From Cyanobacteriota bacterium (lineage in GTDB: Bacteria; Cyanobacteriota; Cyanobacteriia; PCC-6307; Cyanobiaceae), in contig JBKDSV010000009.1 of assembly GCA_046340795.1 (NCBI GenBank), positions 13,505-77,504 of the forward strand: a DNA stretch of 64,000 nucleotides, written 5' to 3'. Shown here piece by piece: positions 10,797 to 21,146 of the stretch. A program made the position numbers and the translations under genes. The notes beneath the pieces are model-generated. The model saw only the letters and a list, made by a program, of their open reading frames with translations, was not told the origin of the DNA and searched no databases. Each line of letters opens with the position of its first letter. Position 1 is the stretch's first letter.

Positions 10797-12344
10797 ATGG
10801 CTCGCCCCCGCTGGCACGAGTCCCTGTCGCAGCCACGGAGCAGGATCTGGAAAGGCTGGGATCGTTTTGTAGCCGTCTGGGCCGCGCTCAATCTCCTGGC
10901 CGTGGCTGTGGAGCTCAGCTATGTGCCCCTGCGTCCCTTCTGGTTGCAGCGCAGCGTTCAGCCGTTCCCCGCCATGCCCTTGGCGGTGCCCGTGCCCCTG
11001 CTGCCCGACATCACTCCCTGGATGGACCCCATCAAGGGCATCGAGCCCCATCGGGAGACCCAGGCCTTCCTCAACGCCTTCCAGACGCTTGACGGGGCCA
11101 TGGCCGGGCATCGACCCGGCGCCCCCCTGACACCTCGCCAACGGGAGCTCCTGGGGCGACAGGTGAGGCTCAGCCAGCAGATGGTGGAAAGCGATCCCTT
11201 CCAGGCGACGGCAGGCTCAGGCACCCTGGAGACGATCAAAAATCTCCTGCGCCAGCGGGCCCAGCGCGACTCCTCCAAGGAGGCTGTCTCCCTGCTGCTC
11301 AGTCAGGAGTGGCTCAACCGCCATGCCTGGGAGCGGGAGCGATGGTTTTGGCAACAGCAGGTGCTCCCCCTGGTAGCCCGCAACTACTGGCGCTCCATCG
11401 ATGAGACCGGTCGCCCCACCGATCACTTCTGGCGTTGGGACCTGCTGCTGTTTCAGAGCGTTTTCCTTCTGGACATCCTGCTGCGGGCCCTGCGGCTGCG
11501 CCACAAACTCCCTGGCCTGAGCTGGCGCGATGCCCTGCTCAGACGGTGGATTGACCTGCCCCTGTTTCTGCCCTTCTGGCGTTGGCTGCGGCTGGTGCCG
11601 GTGTTGGAACGGCTCCAGAGCGCTGGCCTGATCAACCTTGAGCCCCTGCGGGCCGTGATCAGTCGCGGTGTGGTGGCCTTGCTGGCGTTGGAGCTCTTTG
11701 AGGTGCTTGCCCTGCAGTTTTTGGACGGGGTGCAACAGCAGGTGCGCTCCAAGCGCTGGCCGATGCGCCTGCGGGCTCTGCGGAGCCATCAGACGGTGAC
11801 ACGCCAGGAGGAGCGGGAGGTGGTGGAACTCACCCGTCTCTGGGCGCCCCTGTTGCTGGGGCGGGTGGTGCCCCGCCTGGCGCCGGAGTTGCGGGGCGTG
11901 TTGGGCCATGCCCTGCACCAGAGCTTGCAACGCACCCTGGTTCCGACCCCCCTGCGGCAACTGCAACCTCTCCAGGACGTGGAGCAAGGATTCAGTCGAC
12001 AGCTGGCCCAAGGCATGGTGGAGAGCCTGCTCGACCTCTCCCGCGGGGCGGGCGCCCGCCTGGGACGACGGGACGACGAACAACTCAGGCTGCTGCAGCA
12101 CTGCATCGATCGCTTCTGGGAGGAGCTCGCCCTCGTCTTGGAGGACGGTCCCGCTTTGGATCGCTCCCAGGAGCTGGCGTGTGCGGCCATTGAACGACTC
12201 AAGCGCAACTACCTGAGTCAGGTGAGCCGAGCCGGTATCCAGGGCTTGATTGACGAGTTAGACCAACTGATGAACAGCGACAGCCTGGAGACCGCCGTCC
12301 TGCTGGAGTCCCAGGACCAGGCCCTCCCGGGAAAGGAGGCGTGA
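10797..12344 (+). CDS. Conserved cyanobacterial hypothetical membrane protein
   Basis: Long ORF with host-like codon use and TM segments (WAALNLLAV, DLLLFQSVFLLD). Confidence 0.65.
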   Translation: MARPRWHESLSQPRSRIWKGWDRFVAVWAALNLLAVAVELSYVPLRPFWLQRSVQPFPAMPLAVPVPLLPDITPWMDPIKGIEPHRETQAFLNAFQTLDGAMAGHRPGAPLTPRQRELLGRQVRLSQQMVESDPFQATAGSGTLETIKNLLRQRAQRDSSKEAVSLLLSQEWLNRHAWERERWFWQQQVLPLVARNYWRSIDETGRPTDHFWRWDLLLFQSVFLLDILLRALRLRHKLPGLSWRDALLRRWIDLPLFLPFWRWLRLVPVLERLQSAGLINLEPLRAVISRGVVALLALELFEVLALQFLDGVQQQVRSKRWPMRLRALRSHQTVTRQEEREVVELTRLWAPLLLGRVVPRLAPELRGVLGHALHQSLQRTLVPTPLRQLQPLQDVEQGFSRQLAQGMVESLLDLSRGAGARLGRRDDEQLRLLQHCIDRFWEELALVLEDGPALDRSQELACAAIERLKRNYLSQVSRAGIQGLIDELDQLMNSDSLETAVLLESQDQALPGKEA

Positions 12345-12403
12345 GGGCAGGGGATGGCGCGTCGCAGCCGCGCGTCGCGGGGTGCGACGCGCGGCTGCGC
12401 GGG

Positions 12404-12766
12404 TCAGCGGCGCTTGATCAGGGCCTTGATGGCGCCAACCAAGCTGTTGGAGCCTTGACCCACGCCCCCATCAGGGCGGGTGCGAACGGTGACATCACCA
12501 TTGACGGTGGTGCGGCAGCTGAGTCGGTAGGTGGCGGGGCGATCGGCCAGGTAAACCTCCTCCACATCGGAGCGCGGGGAGAGGTTGCGGGCACCCTCGA
12601 GGACTTCCATCACGCAGGTGCCGCACTGGCCCAGGCCCCCACAGTTGTTGAGGTTGTTGAGGCCGTTGTAGGGGTTGATGCCCGCATCCAGGGCGGCTTT
12701 GCGCAAATTGGCGCCCTCGATGCACCCCACCTGCTGGCCTTCGCGTTCGAAACGGATGGTGGGCAC
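12404..12766 (-). CDS. 2Fe-2S ferredoxin-like protein
   Basis: NCGGLGQCGTC ... RLSC cysteine pattern; GTG start at 12766. Confidence 0.9.
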   Translation of the reverse strand: MPTIRFEREGQQVGCIEGANLRKAALDAGINPYNGLNNLNNCGGLGQCGTCVMEVLEGARNLSPRSDVEEVYLADRPATYRLSCRTTVNGDVTVRTRPDGGVGQGSNSLVGAIKALIKRR

Positions 12767-12845
12767 GATGAATCGGGGGGGGTAGGCGCCGCCCAACTTA
12801 GGGCACTTTGGTCCCCCAGCCCGGGGAAGCGGGGGGAGCAGGCCA

Positions 12846-13580
12846 ATGTCCTGGCGGCTTCTCCCCTTGCCATCGGCCTGCCGCTGGCGCCATCTTGAGC
12901 AGATGGGTCTCACCGCGTACGACCGTCTTGTGGAAAGCTGGATTCCCGGCTACACCAGCCTGGCGAAACTTGCCGTCTCTCTGCTGGCGGCTTCTCCCCG
13001 GGCCCGTGAGCCTGGCGCCACGGTGCTGGTGGCGGGCTGTGGCTCGGGAGCGGAGCTGCTGGAGGCGCGGCAGCTGAGGCCCGACTGGAACTTGACCGCG
13101 GTGGATCCCTCCTCGGCCATGCTGGCCATCGCGCGGACGAAGCTGGTGGCCGCCGAAGACAGCCTTGCGCCCACGATCCACTGGATTGAGGGCACGGTGG
13201 AAGATCTGGCGATGGAGCCTCGCTTCGATGGCGCCCTGGCGGTGTTGGTGCTGCAGGGACTTGCGGATGACGGTGGCAAGCTGCGCTTCCTGTCCTCCCT
13301 GGCCCGCGGCCTGAGGCCGGGAGCTCAGGTGGTGCTTGTGGATCAGATGTTGCCCGAGCGAACGGGACTGGAACAGCAACTGATCGCCGCTCGACGCCTG
13401 TTTCAAGGCCTTCACTCTGAGGCGGGAGAGGACGATCGTGAGGATCAGCCTGTTGGACCGGTTCACCCGGTCAGCCTGGCCCGGCTAGCCGGCCTGTTGG
13501 AAGCAGCCGGATTCAGTGATCCGGTTCCTGTGTTTCGGGCTTTGGACTATGAGGGCTTTGTGCTGCAGCGGTTGCCGTAG
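12846..13580 (+). CDS. Class I SAM-dependent methyltransferase (alternative start 12903)
   Basis: VLVAGCGSGAE motif I, AVDPSSAML, FDGAL. Confidence 0.85.
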   Translation: MSWRLLPLPSACRWRHLEQMGLTAYDRLVESWIPGYTSLAKLAVSLLAASPRAREPGATVLVAGCGSGAELLEARQLRPDWNLTAVDPSSAMLAIARTKLVAAEDSLAPTIHWIEGTVEDLAMEPRFDGALAVLVLQGLADDGGKLRFLSSLARGLRPGAQVVLVDQMLPERTGLEQQLIAARRLFQGLHSEAGEDDREDQPVGPVHPVSLARLAGLLEAAGFSDPVPVFRALDYEGFVLQRLP

Positions 13581-13599
13581 ACGGGCCGGGTTCCTCCAG

Positions 13600-14088
13600 T
13601 CAAGCGGCGGGTCTGGCTTTGCTCTGCTCCCTGCGGGGCTGGAGCTCGTCGGTGCGTAGATCTATGGCGTCCAGGCGCTGGCGGATGGCGATCAATTCCG
13701 CGAGAATGCGGCTGAGAAGCTCCTGGGTCACCGTGGAGGGGGTATTGAGCACTTCAACTGTGACTTCCTTGATGCGCAAGACATCGCGGGCAAAGCGGGC
13801 CACCTCGTTGGCATGAAACAACAGGGGTTGCTTGATATCGCTACGAAACTCCGGGTTGAGTCTGCGGGGGTTGAAGGGAGGATTGACGTTGCGTGGATCG
13901 GTATTGGTGTAACGGTACACGGAAGCTCTGGAACGATTCAGGGCCTTTTGAACGTCTTCAATCCCAATCAAACAGCCGCTGCCATTGCCTGATTCATAAG
14001 CTGGAGGGGGGACATCGGTTACGTCTGCTGGATGCTCGCCAGGAAGGTTGACAGGTTCGTGGGAAGCCTGGCTCGGTTGAGCAAACAT
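13600..14088 (-). CDS. Conserved cyanobacterial HTH-like protein (often labelled resolvase)
   Basis: IEDVQKALNRSRASVYRY HTH-like segment and C-terminal coiled coil; no serine recombinase catalytic domain visible. Confidence 0.65.
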   Translation of the reverse strand: MFAQPSQASHEPVNLPGEHPADVTDVPPPAYESGNGSGCLIGIEDVQKALNRSRASVYRYTNTDPRNVNPPFNPRRLNPEFRSDIKQPLLFHANEVARFARDVLRIKEVTVEVLNTPSTVTQELLSRILAELIAIRQRLDAIDLRTDELQPRREQSKARPAA

Positions 14089-14231
14089 AAAGGTCAGCCT
14101 CGTTGGGTCCTGGCAGGAAAGGTCTTGCGAACTTAGCAGAGGTTTTCGGTCTCACGAGCCCCATTGGACACACGCGCAGATGCCCACCTCATGGCCAACT
14201 GATAGGTTCCGTGCGGACGCTCAACCTCCTC

Positions 14232-16037
14232 ATGCGCAGCTCTCGCCTGCTGCTAGTGACGCTTCGCGATGAGCCCGCAGAGGCAGAGATCATCTCCCAC
14301 AAACTTCTGCTGCGGGCCGGTTTCATCCGCCGCGTTTCCGCTGGCGTCTACGCCTACCTGCCGCTGATGTGGCGGGTGCTCCGCAAGGTGTCGGCGATTG
14401 TTCGTGAGGAAATGGACACCATTGGCGCCCTGGAGACCCTTCTGCCCCAACTCCAGCCCGCCGAGCTCTGGCAGCGCAGCGGCCGCTGGGCGGGGTACAC
14501 CGCTGGCGAAGGCATCCTGTTTCACCTGCACGACCGGCAGGGACGGGAGTTGGGATTGGGGCCGACCCACGAGGAGGTGGTGACCGCCCTGGCGGCGGAA
14601 TTGTTGCGCTCCTATCGCCAGCTGCCGGTTTGTCTTTATCAGATCCAGAGCAAATTCCGCGATGAGATCCGCCCCCGTTTCGGTTTGATGCGGGCCAGGG
14701 AATTCATCATGAAGGACGCCTATTCCTTCCATGCGGACGAGGACAGCCTGCGCCAGGCCTATGGCCAGATGGATGGAGCTTACAGGCGCATTTTCAAGCG
14801 CTGTGGGCTGCACACCGTCGCCGTCGAAGCGGACAGCGGCGCCATTGGCGGTTCGGCCAGCCAGGAATTCATGGTGACGGCGGAGGCGGGGGAGGATCTG
14901 ATTCTGGCCAGCCCGGACGGCTGTTATGCCGCCAACCTCGAGCGGGCCGTCTCTCTGCCCCCGGACGCCCTTCCCCTGGCGAGCCAACCCTGCCGCGAAC
15001 TGCCCACCCCCGGGCAGCGGACGATCGCCGATCTTTGTGGCGCCCACGGGTTCCATCCTTCTCAAATCGTCAAGGTGCTCCTGCTGCTGGCCCGGTTTGC
15101 GGAGGGTGCCCCCCAGCCAGTGCTGGTCAGTCTGCGGGGGGATCAGCAGTTGAACCTGGTGAAGCTCTCCAATGCCCTCCAGGCGCGGGTGACAGGCCAG
15201 GGAGCCCTGCTTCAGGTGAGTCCGATCGAAGCGGATCATCTGCTGGCGGAAGGTCTGGCACCCCTACCGTTCGGATCCTTGGGGCCCCACCTCGCCGATG
15301 CGGCCTTCGCGGCAGCCAAACACTGGCGTCCCCGGCTGCTGCGCCTGGCGGATGCCACAGCTGCGGAGCTGACCTGTTTCGTCTGCGGCGCCAATCGCCA
15401 GGATGTGCACCTGGTGGGGGCCAGCTGGGACAGCCTGGCGGTCGCGCCGGAGAGCCTCGATCTGCGGGAGGCCCAAAGCGGCGATCGCTGCCTGCGGAAT
15501 CCGAGCCAGCGCCTGGAGGCGGCCCGGGGCATTGAGGTGGGTCACATTTTTCAGCTGGGTTGCAAGTACTCCGAAGCTCTGGGAGCCTCCTTCACCACCG
15601 AGCAGGGCGAGGAGCAAGCCCTGTGGATGGGCTGTTATGGCATCGGCGTCTCCCGGCTCGCCCAGGCGGCGGTGGAGCAACTGCATGACGACCAGGGCAT
15701 CTGTTGGCCCGTGTCGATCGCTCCGTTCGAGGTGATCGTGGTGATCGCCAATACCCAGGACACAACCCAGGTGGCCGTAGCGGAGACGCTCTATGACCAC
15801 TTGCGCCAGCAGGGGCTGGAGACCCTGCTGGATGACCGTCAGGAACGGGCGGGCGTGAAATTCAAGGATGCGGATCTGGTGGGCATTCCCTACCGGGTTG
15901 TCGTGGGCCGTGGGGCCGCCTCGGGCCAGGTGGAAGTGGTCTGCCGCCGCGGGGGCGATCCCCTGGCGCTGGAGGCCACCGCAGCTGTTGACTGGTTGCG
16001 GGAGCGGGTGCGTCAGGAGCGCTCGGGACTGGCTTGA
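14232..16037 (+). CDS. proS: Proline--tRNA ligase
   Basis: EIISHKLLLRAGFIR, LGPTHEE, FRDEIRPRFGLMRAREFIMKDAYSF, GIEVGHIFQLG, GCYGIGVSR. Confidence 0.97.
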   Translation: MRSSRLLLVTLRDEPAEAEIISHKLLLRAGFIRRVSAGVYAYLPLMWRVLRKVSAIVREEMDTIGALETLLPQLQPAELWQRSGRWAGYTAGEGILFHLHDRQGRELGLGPTHEEVVTALAAELLRSYRQLPVCLYQIQSKFRDEIRPRFGLMRAREFIMKDAYSFHADEDSLRQAYGQMDGAYRRIFKRCGLHTVAVEADSGAIGGSASQEFMVTAEAGEDLILASPDGCYAANLERAVSLPPDALPLASQPCRELPTPGQRTIADLCGAHGFHPSQIVKVLLLLARFAEGAPQPVLVSLRGDQQLNLVKLSNALQARVTGQGALLQVSPIEADHLLAEGLAPLPFGSLGPHLADAAFAAAKHWRPRLLRLADATAAELTCFVCGANRQDVHLVGASWDSLAVAPESLDLREAQSGDRCLRNPSQRLEAARGIEVGHIFQLGCKYSEALGASFTTEQGEEQALWMGCYGIGVSRLAQAAVEQLHDDQGICWPVSIAPFEVIVVIANTQDTTQVAVAETLYDHLRQQGLETLLDDRQERAGVKFKDADLVGIPYRVVVGRGAASGQVEVVCRRGGDPLALEATAAVDWLRERVRQERSGLA

Positions 16038-16087
16038 CGAACGGACCACAGGGGGACCCGTAGGATTCGAACGTCGCCTCCCTCGTC

Positions 16088-16549
16088 ATGGCTGCACTGT
16101 TGCGCCCCGTCCTCCGCTTCGCCCAGCAGGCGGGCCAAGCTCTCCGTGGCGCTCTGCCGCGCTTGCGCCATGGCATGGTGGCGGTGGTTTTGAGCCTTTG
16201 CCTCGGCCTTGCCGCCTGTGGCAGTGATGGGCTCCTCAGTGGCAACTACGTCGAAGACACGGCCACGGTGTCGCAAGCCTTGTTGACAACCATCGCCCTG
16301 AACCCGGAGGAGCCCGAAACGGCGGCATCGGTGAGCCAGGCCCGGGCCCTGATCAGCGCCTACATGGCCCGTTATCGGCCGCGCCCGTCGGTGAATGGCC
16401 TCGGCTCCTTCACCACGATGCAGACCGCCCTGAACTCCCTGGCCAGCCACTACGCCACCACCACCAAGCGCCCCCTTCCAGAGGCGCTGCGCAGCCGCGT
16501 GCGCAAGGAACTGGAGCAGGCCGCCAGCAACGCGAGCCGGGGGGCCTGA
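16088..16549 (+). CDS. psb27: Photosystem II assembly lipoprotein Psb27
   Basis: Lipobox LAAC, LSGNYVEDT, SFTTMQTALNSLASHY, RPLPEAL. Confidence 0.93.
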   Translation: MAALLRPVLRFAQQAGQALRGALPRLRHGMVAVVLSLCLGLAACGSDGLLSGNYVEDTATVSQALLTTIALNPEEPETAASVSQARALISAYMARYRPRPSVNGLGSFTTMQTALNSLASHYATTTKRPLPEALRSRVRKELEQAASNASRGA

Positions 16550-16652
16550 GCCCCGCTTGCGCCAGCCTGTGAAGAAGCGCTGGATGTTTTGACGAAATCA
16601 CCTTTCGTCTGAGAAGCTGTTTGTTTGTGCTCGAAAGCGGCTTCTGGCCGCG

Positions 16653-17972
16653 ATGTCCTTGGCCAACGTTGTCGTTATCGGTGCACAGTGGGGAGATGAG
16701 GGGAAGGGAAAGATCACCGATCTGTTAAGCCGATCGGCAGACGTTGTAGTGCGCTACCAAGGCGGCGTGAACGCCGGCCACACGATCGTGGTCGAGGACA
16801 GGGTGCTGAAATTGCACCTGATCCCTTCCGGCATCCTGTATCCCAATACCACCTGTCTGATCGGCTCAGGCACGGTGGTCGATCCCTCCGTGATGCTCGG
16901 CGAGCTCGACATGCTGATGGCCTGTGGCATCAGTCCTTCGGGCCTGAAATTGGCCTCCACGGCGCACGTCACCATGCCCTACCACCGCCTGCTGGATCTG
17001 GCGATGGAACAGCGTCGGGGCGACAGGCGGATCGGCACCACCGGTCGTGGCATCGGGCCCACCTATGCCGACAAATCGGAACGCAACGGCATCCGCGTGA
17101 TCGATCTTTTGGATGCCGATCGCCTGCGGGATCGGTTGCTGGGTCCCCTCGCCGAGAAGAATGATCTGCTCCAGCGGGTCTATGGCCTGGAGCCCCTGGA
17201 TCCAGAGGCTGTGATCGCGGAGTACGCCACCTATGGCGAACGGCTTGCTCCCTATGTGGTCGACTGCACGCGCGTGATTCACCAGGCGGCGAGAGCGCGA
17301 AAAAACATCCTGTTTGAGGGCGCCCAGGGCACCTTGCTCGACCTGGATCACGGCACCTATCCCTATGTCACCTCCTCCAATCCCGTTTCCGGGGGAGCGT
17401 GCATCGGCGCCGGGGTCGGTCCCACCCTGATCGACCGGGTGATTGGCGTGGCCAAGGCGTACACCACCCGGGTCGGGGAGGGACCCTTCCCCACCGAGCT
17501 GGAGGGGAGCCTGAATGACCACCTGTGTGACCGGGGCGGTGAATTCGGCACCACCACCGGCCGTCGCCGCCGCTGTGGTTGGTTTGACGGCGTCATCGGC
17601 CGCTATGCCGTGCAGGTCAACGGTCTGGATTGTCTGGCGATCACCAAGTTGGATGTGCTCGATGAACTGGATGAGATTCAAGTTTGCGTGGCCTATCTCC
17701 TGGATGGGGAACGCATCGAGCATTTCCCCAGCAGTGCCGAAGACTTCGCTCGCTGCAAACCACTCTTTGTCTCCCTGCCAGGGTGGCAATGCTCCACGGC
17801 CGCCTGTCGGCGTCTGGAGGATCTGCCGGAAGCGGCCATGGCCTACCTGCGTTTTCTCGCCGAACTGATGGAGGTTCCCATCGCCATCGTGTCCCTCGGC
17901 GCCCAGCGGGATCAAACCATCGTGATCGAAGATCCGATCCACGGTCCCAAGCGCGCCCTGCTCAGCGTGTAG
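16653..17972 (+). CDS. purA: Adenylosuccinate synthetase
   Basis: [37 protein letters not shown]. Confidence 0.98.
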   Translation: MSLANVVVIGAQWGDEGKGKITDLLSRSADVVVRYQGGVNAGHTIVVEDRVLKLHLIPSGILYPNTTCLIGSGTVVDPSVMLGELDMLMACGISPSGLKLASTAHVTMPYHRLLDLAMEQRRGDRRIGTTGRGIGPTYADKSERNGIRVIDLLDADRLRDRLLGPLAEKNDLLQRVYGLEPLDPEAVIAEYATYGERLAPYVVDCTRVIHQAARARKNILFEGAQGTLLDLDHGTYPYVTSSNPVSGGACIGAGVGPTLIDRVIGVAKAYTTRVGEGPFPTELEGSLNDHLCDRGGEFGTTTGRRRRCGWFDGVIGRYAVQVNGLDCLAITKLDVLDELDEIQVCVAYLLDGERIEHFPSSAEDFARCKPLFVSLPGWQCSTAACRRLEDLPEAAMAYLRFLAELMEVPIAIVSLGAQRDQTIVIEDPIHGPKRALLSV

Positions 17973-18014
17973 CCTGCGACCCCCCTTCCTTTCCCCCGTC
18001 ATTTCTCCATCCCC

Positions 18015-19016
18015 ATGAGTTCCGCAGACACACAATCCTTTGACGTGGTGGGAATCGGCAATGCCATTGTGGATGTGCTCGTGTCCTCCGATGACGCCTT
18101 TCTCGAGAATCACGGCCTGACCAAGGGCACCATGGCCCTGGTGGATCAGGCTCAGGCGGAGCGGCTCTACGCCAGCGTCGGGCCAGGCCTGGAAACCTCC
18201 GGAGGATCGGCGGCCAACACTCTGGCGGGCCTGGCCCAGCTGGGGGCCAAGGCGGCTTTCATCGGCAGGGTGCGCGACGATCAGCTGGGCGCCATCTTTG
18301 CCCATGACATTCGTTCCGTCGGCGCCCACTTTGAGACGGCTGCCGCCACCAGCGGCCCTTCCACCGCGCGCTGCTTGATTCTGGTGACGCCCGATGCGCA
18401 ACGCACGATGTGCACGTACCTCGGCGCTTCGGTGAACCTCCACCCCGCGGATCTGGATCTCGATCTGGTGCGGCGGGCCAAGGTGCTCTACCTGGAGGGT
18501 TACCTCTGGGACAGTGATGAGGCCAAGCAAGCCTTCCTCGCGGCGGCGGCGGTGATCCGCTCCAGCGGCGGGCAGGTGGCCCTCTCCCTCTCCGATGCCT
18601 TTTGTGTGGATCGCCACCGCCAGAGCTTCCAGGAGCTGGTGGATGGCCATGTGGACATCTTGTTTGCCAACGAGATGGAGATCACGGCGCTCTATGAGGC
18701 CAACAGCTTTGCGGAGGCGGTCGATCAGGTGCGTGGCTGCTGTGAGGTGGCGGCGCTCACCCGCAGCGCGGAGGGTTCCCTCGTTCTGCGTGGCGAGCAG
18801 ACCGTGCCGATCGCGCCCTACAGGCTGGGCGATCTTGTGGACACCACCGGGGCGGGCGACCTCTACGCGGCAGGCTTTCTCTACGGCTACACCCGCGGCC
18901 AGAGCCTGGAGCGCTGCGGCCGTCTGGGCTCCCTCTGCGCCGGCAAGGTGGTCACTCAGTTGGGTCCCCGTCCCCAAGGCTCCCTGGCGGAGCTGGTGGC
19001 CCACCATCTGCCCTGA
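18015..19016 (+). CDS. PfkB family carbohydrate/adenosine kinase
   Basis: GGSAANT, FIGRVRDDQLG, VDTTGAGDLYAAGF signature. Confidence 0.92.
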   Translation: MSSADTQSFDVVGIGNAIVDVLVSSDDAFLENHGLTKGTMALVDQAQAERLYASVGPGLETSGGSAANTLAGLAQLGAKAAFIGRVRDDQLGAIFAHDIRSVGAHFETAAATSGPSTARCLILVTPDAQRTMCTYLGASVNLHPADLDLDLVRRAKVLYLEGYLWDSDEAKQAFLAAAAVIRSSGGQVALSLSDAFCVDRHRQSFQELVDGHVDILFANEMEITALYEANSFAEAVDQVRGCCEVAALTRSAEGSLVLRGEQTVPIAPYRLGDLVDTTGAGDLYAAGFLYGYTRGQSLERCGRLGSLCAGKVVTQLGPRPQGSLAELVAHHLP

Positions 19017-19371
19017 GGCCGGGGGCGAGCAGTTGCTCGGCACACCACAGGCCGTAGCTTCCGCAGCTGTGGGCCGTCAGCGTGATCCACTCGGGGGTCT
19101 CATAACTGTGCAGGGTCAGGACGCTCTCGTGAAGGGCCCGCAAGCTCGTCTCCCGGGTCTTGAGCAGCAGCTGCACCTCCTCGCCGCGGGTGAGTTGGCC
19201 CTGCCAGCGGTAGTGGGAGACGATCGGCACCAGCGAGACGCAGGCCACCAGGCGGCGTTCAAGAAGGGCCCTGGCCAGTCGCTCGGCCGTCTCCAGGCTG
19301 GCCTCGGTGGTGAGGACCAACACCAGGTCGCTCCGATCCTCCTTGCCCGGGTCCGGCTGATGCGCCTCCAT
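18952..19371 (-). CDS. cutA: Divalent-cation tolerance protein CutA
   Basis: LERRLVACVS, SHYRWQG, EEVQLLLKT, LHSYETPE. Confidence 0.92.
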   Translation of the reverse strand: MEAHQPDPGKEDRSDLVLVLTTEASLETAERLARALLERRLVACVSLVPIVSHYRWQGQLTRGEEVQLLLKTRETSLRALHESVLTLHSYETPEWITLTAHSCGSYGLWCAEQLLAPGLRADGGPPAPPGSLGDGDPTE

Positions 19372-19420
19372 CGTCTGATGCGCCTGCAACGGTTGATGCG
19401 CCACCCTCAGCTCCCGCGTC

Positions 19421-20266
19421 TCAACCATTGTCCGCCTGGCGCGGCCAACCCACACGGGCGATCAGCTCCGCCAGGGGCAGCCGCACCAGACCCGCCGGCT
19501 CGGGGGGCCTTCGCAGCAGCAGCAGGCGCAGGCCCAGCTCCTCGCTGATCCGCAGCCAGAGGGCCTCGCTGCGGCTGCCGGATTGACGGCAAAGGATGGT
19601 CTCAATCCGCCAGAGGCGACAAAGGGCTCGCTCCACCGCGCCGTCGTTGCTGGGGTGAAAGCAGGCCAGGCGGTGGGACGGAAGGCCCGCCCGCAGGGCC
19701 TGGCGGATGGCCCGGGGATGGGGAAGCACCCGGCTGTGGTGGCTGGCGTGCGGCGTGTGACCGATGGCCGCGCCAAGCTGGCGAGCACCGATGGCCAGGA
19801 GCAGCCGTTCGTCTGGGGCGAGCTGGTCTGCCAGCTCGCGGAGATGCTCCAATGGCCTGGCCCCGGGGGCGGAGAGAAGGGGGCGGTGCAGGCGCAGGAG
19901 ACCCTCGGAACGGCCTTCGCAGGCCTGCGCGACCGCCGCCGTCACATGCAGAGCGAAGGGATGGCTGGCGTCAATCAGCCAGGTGAACGGATCCCCCTGT
20001 CGTCTCGCCTCCTCCAGAGCCGCCCGCCAGGCTGCCGCCCCCGCCAGCGCCCCCACCACCACCTCCAGGCGGGGATCCCCGGGGTAGCTCCGGCGAGCCG
20101 TCGCGGTGACGACGCTCACCCGCAGGCGCCAGCCCCGATCGAGAAGGCGCTGGGCCAGGGGGGGACCTTCGCCGGTGCCGGCGATCAACCAGAGGCGATC
20201 TCTGGACTGGCCCGCTGGAGGCGCAGCAGGGTTCGGGAGAGGCCCATCGGCAGGAGGCGCGTGCAT
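19421..20266 (-). CDS. cobK: Precorrin-6A/cobalt-precorrin-6A reductase
   Basis: WLIAGTGEG, IDASHPFA, LLAIG, CRQSG, RRPP. Confidence 0.88.
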   Translation of the reverse strand: MHAPPADGPLPNPAAPPAGQSRDRLWLIAGTGEGPPLAQRLLDRGWRLRVSVVTATARRSYPGDPRLEVVVGALAGAAAWRAALEEARRQGDPFTWLIDASHPFALHVTAAVAQACEGRSEGLLRLHRPLLSAPGARPLEHLRELADQLAPDERLLLAIGARQLGAAIGHTPHASHHSRVLPHPRAIRQALRAGLPSHRLACFHPSNDGAVERALCRLWRIETILCRQSGSRSEALWLRISEELGLRLLLLRRPPEPAGLVRLPLAELIARVGWPRQADNG

Positions 20267-20298
20267 CAGGATGGGCGGTGGTCCCAGCGAAAGAGGGT

Positions 20299-20829
20299 GT
20301 GAATCACTGTTTGCTTGAAGTGGAGGTGCTGGAAGCGCCCCAGGTGCGCTACACACAAGACAACCAGACGCCGGTGGCGGAGCTGGTGGGCCGTTTTGAG
20401 GCTCTCAGGGCGGAGGACCCACCTGGACACATCAAGGTGGTCGGCTGGGGCAACCTGGCCACGGATCTGCAAAACAGAGTCCAGGTGGGGCAGCGCTGGG
20501 TGCTGGAAGGTCGCCTGCGCATGAACACCGTCACCCGCCAGGACGGCGTGAAGGAAAAACGGGCGGAGCTCACCTTGGCCCGCATCCATCCTCTGAACGC
20601 CGCCTCGACGGCTTCCGCCGCCAGCGGCCCGGGGCCCGCGGCTCCTCCGTCAGCGGGCAGAGGTCCAGGCGGTGGGCCGCCCGTCCGCAAGGCTGGCGGC
20701 GCCAGGGGGGCGGGTCAGGCCGAACCCGTCGGGCAGGCCCCTGGCAAGAGCGCAGCGCCCCCGGTGTGGAACACCTCGCCATTGGTGCCGGACGAGCTCA
20801 ACGAGGGGGAGGACGACATCCCCTTTTGA
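20299..20829 (+). CDS. ssb: Single-stranded DNA-binding protein family (cyanobacterial paralogue)
   Basis: OB-fold (RYTQDNQTPVAE, LEGRLRMN) and acidic tail EDDIPF. Confidence 0.85.
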   Translation: MNHCLLEVEVLEAPQVRYTQDNQTPVAELVGRFEALRAEDPPGHIKVVGWGNLATDLQNRVQVGQRWVLEGRLRMNTVTRQDGVKEKRAELTLARIHPLNAASTASAASGPGPAAPPSAGRGPGGGPPVRKAGGARGAGQAEPVGQAPGKSAAPPVWNTSPLVPDELNEGEDDIPF

Positions 20830-20874
20830 TCCCCGCGGTGGCTCTGCCCGCCCAGCTCCGGCTCGGGCAGACCC

Positions 20875-21117
20875 TCAATCGATCCGTTCGCTGGCTTGAT
20901 CCAGCAGCTGGCCCAGCTCCCGCTCCAGAGCGGCCAGATCCAGCCGCCACTCCGGCCAGCGACCGCTGTCCAGCTGGCGCAGCAACCAGAGGCGATCCTC
21001 CTGCAGGCTCTCCAACAGTTGGCGCAGCGCCTCTCCCTTTCCCTCCCCGGGGGACGGGGCGGCCGCAGAGGTCGGAGAGGGAGATCGGGTCATGATCGCG
21101 GGGAAGAATCTCCCCAT
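20875..21117 (-). CDS. Small conserved hypothetical protein
   Basis: LQEDRLWLLRQLDSGRWPEWRLDLAALERELGQLL resembles a small picocyanobacterial family; fills the intergenic gap. Confidence 0.65.
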   Translation of the reverse strand: MGRFFPAIMTRSPSPTSAAAPSPGEGKGEALRQLLESLQEDRLWLLRQLDSGRWPEWRLDLAALERELGQLLDQASERID

Positions 21118-21146
21118 CCTGACGTCTCCTGCGGGAGGATGGCCCG

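Noticed and set aside
16866-19043. 725-aa minus-strand ORF
   Set aside because: It lies antisense to purA and the PfkB kinase, has no motifs, and is typical of stop-poor high-GC DNA.
19358-19403. 18-bp imperfect tandem repeat (TGATGCGCC x3) at the cutA start
   Set aside because: Real, but only a low-complexity N-terminal or leader expansion with no evident function.
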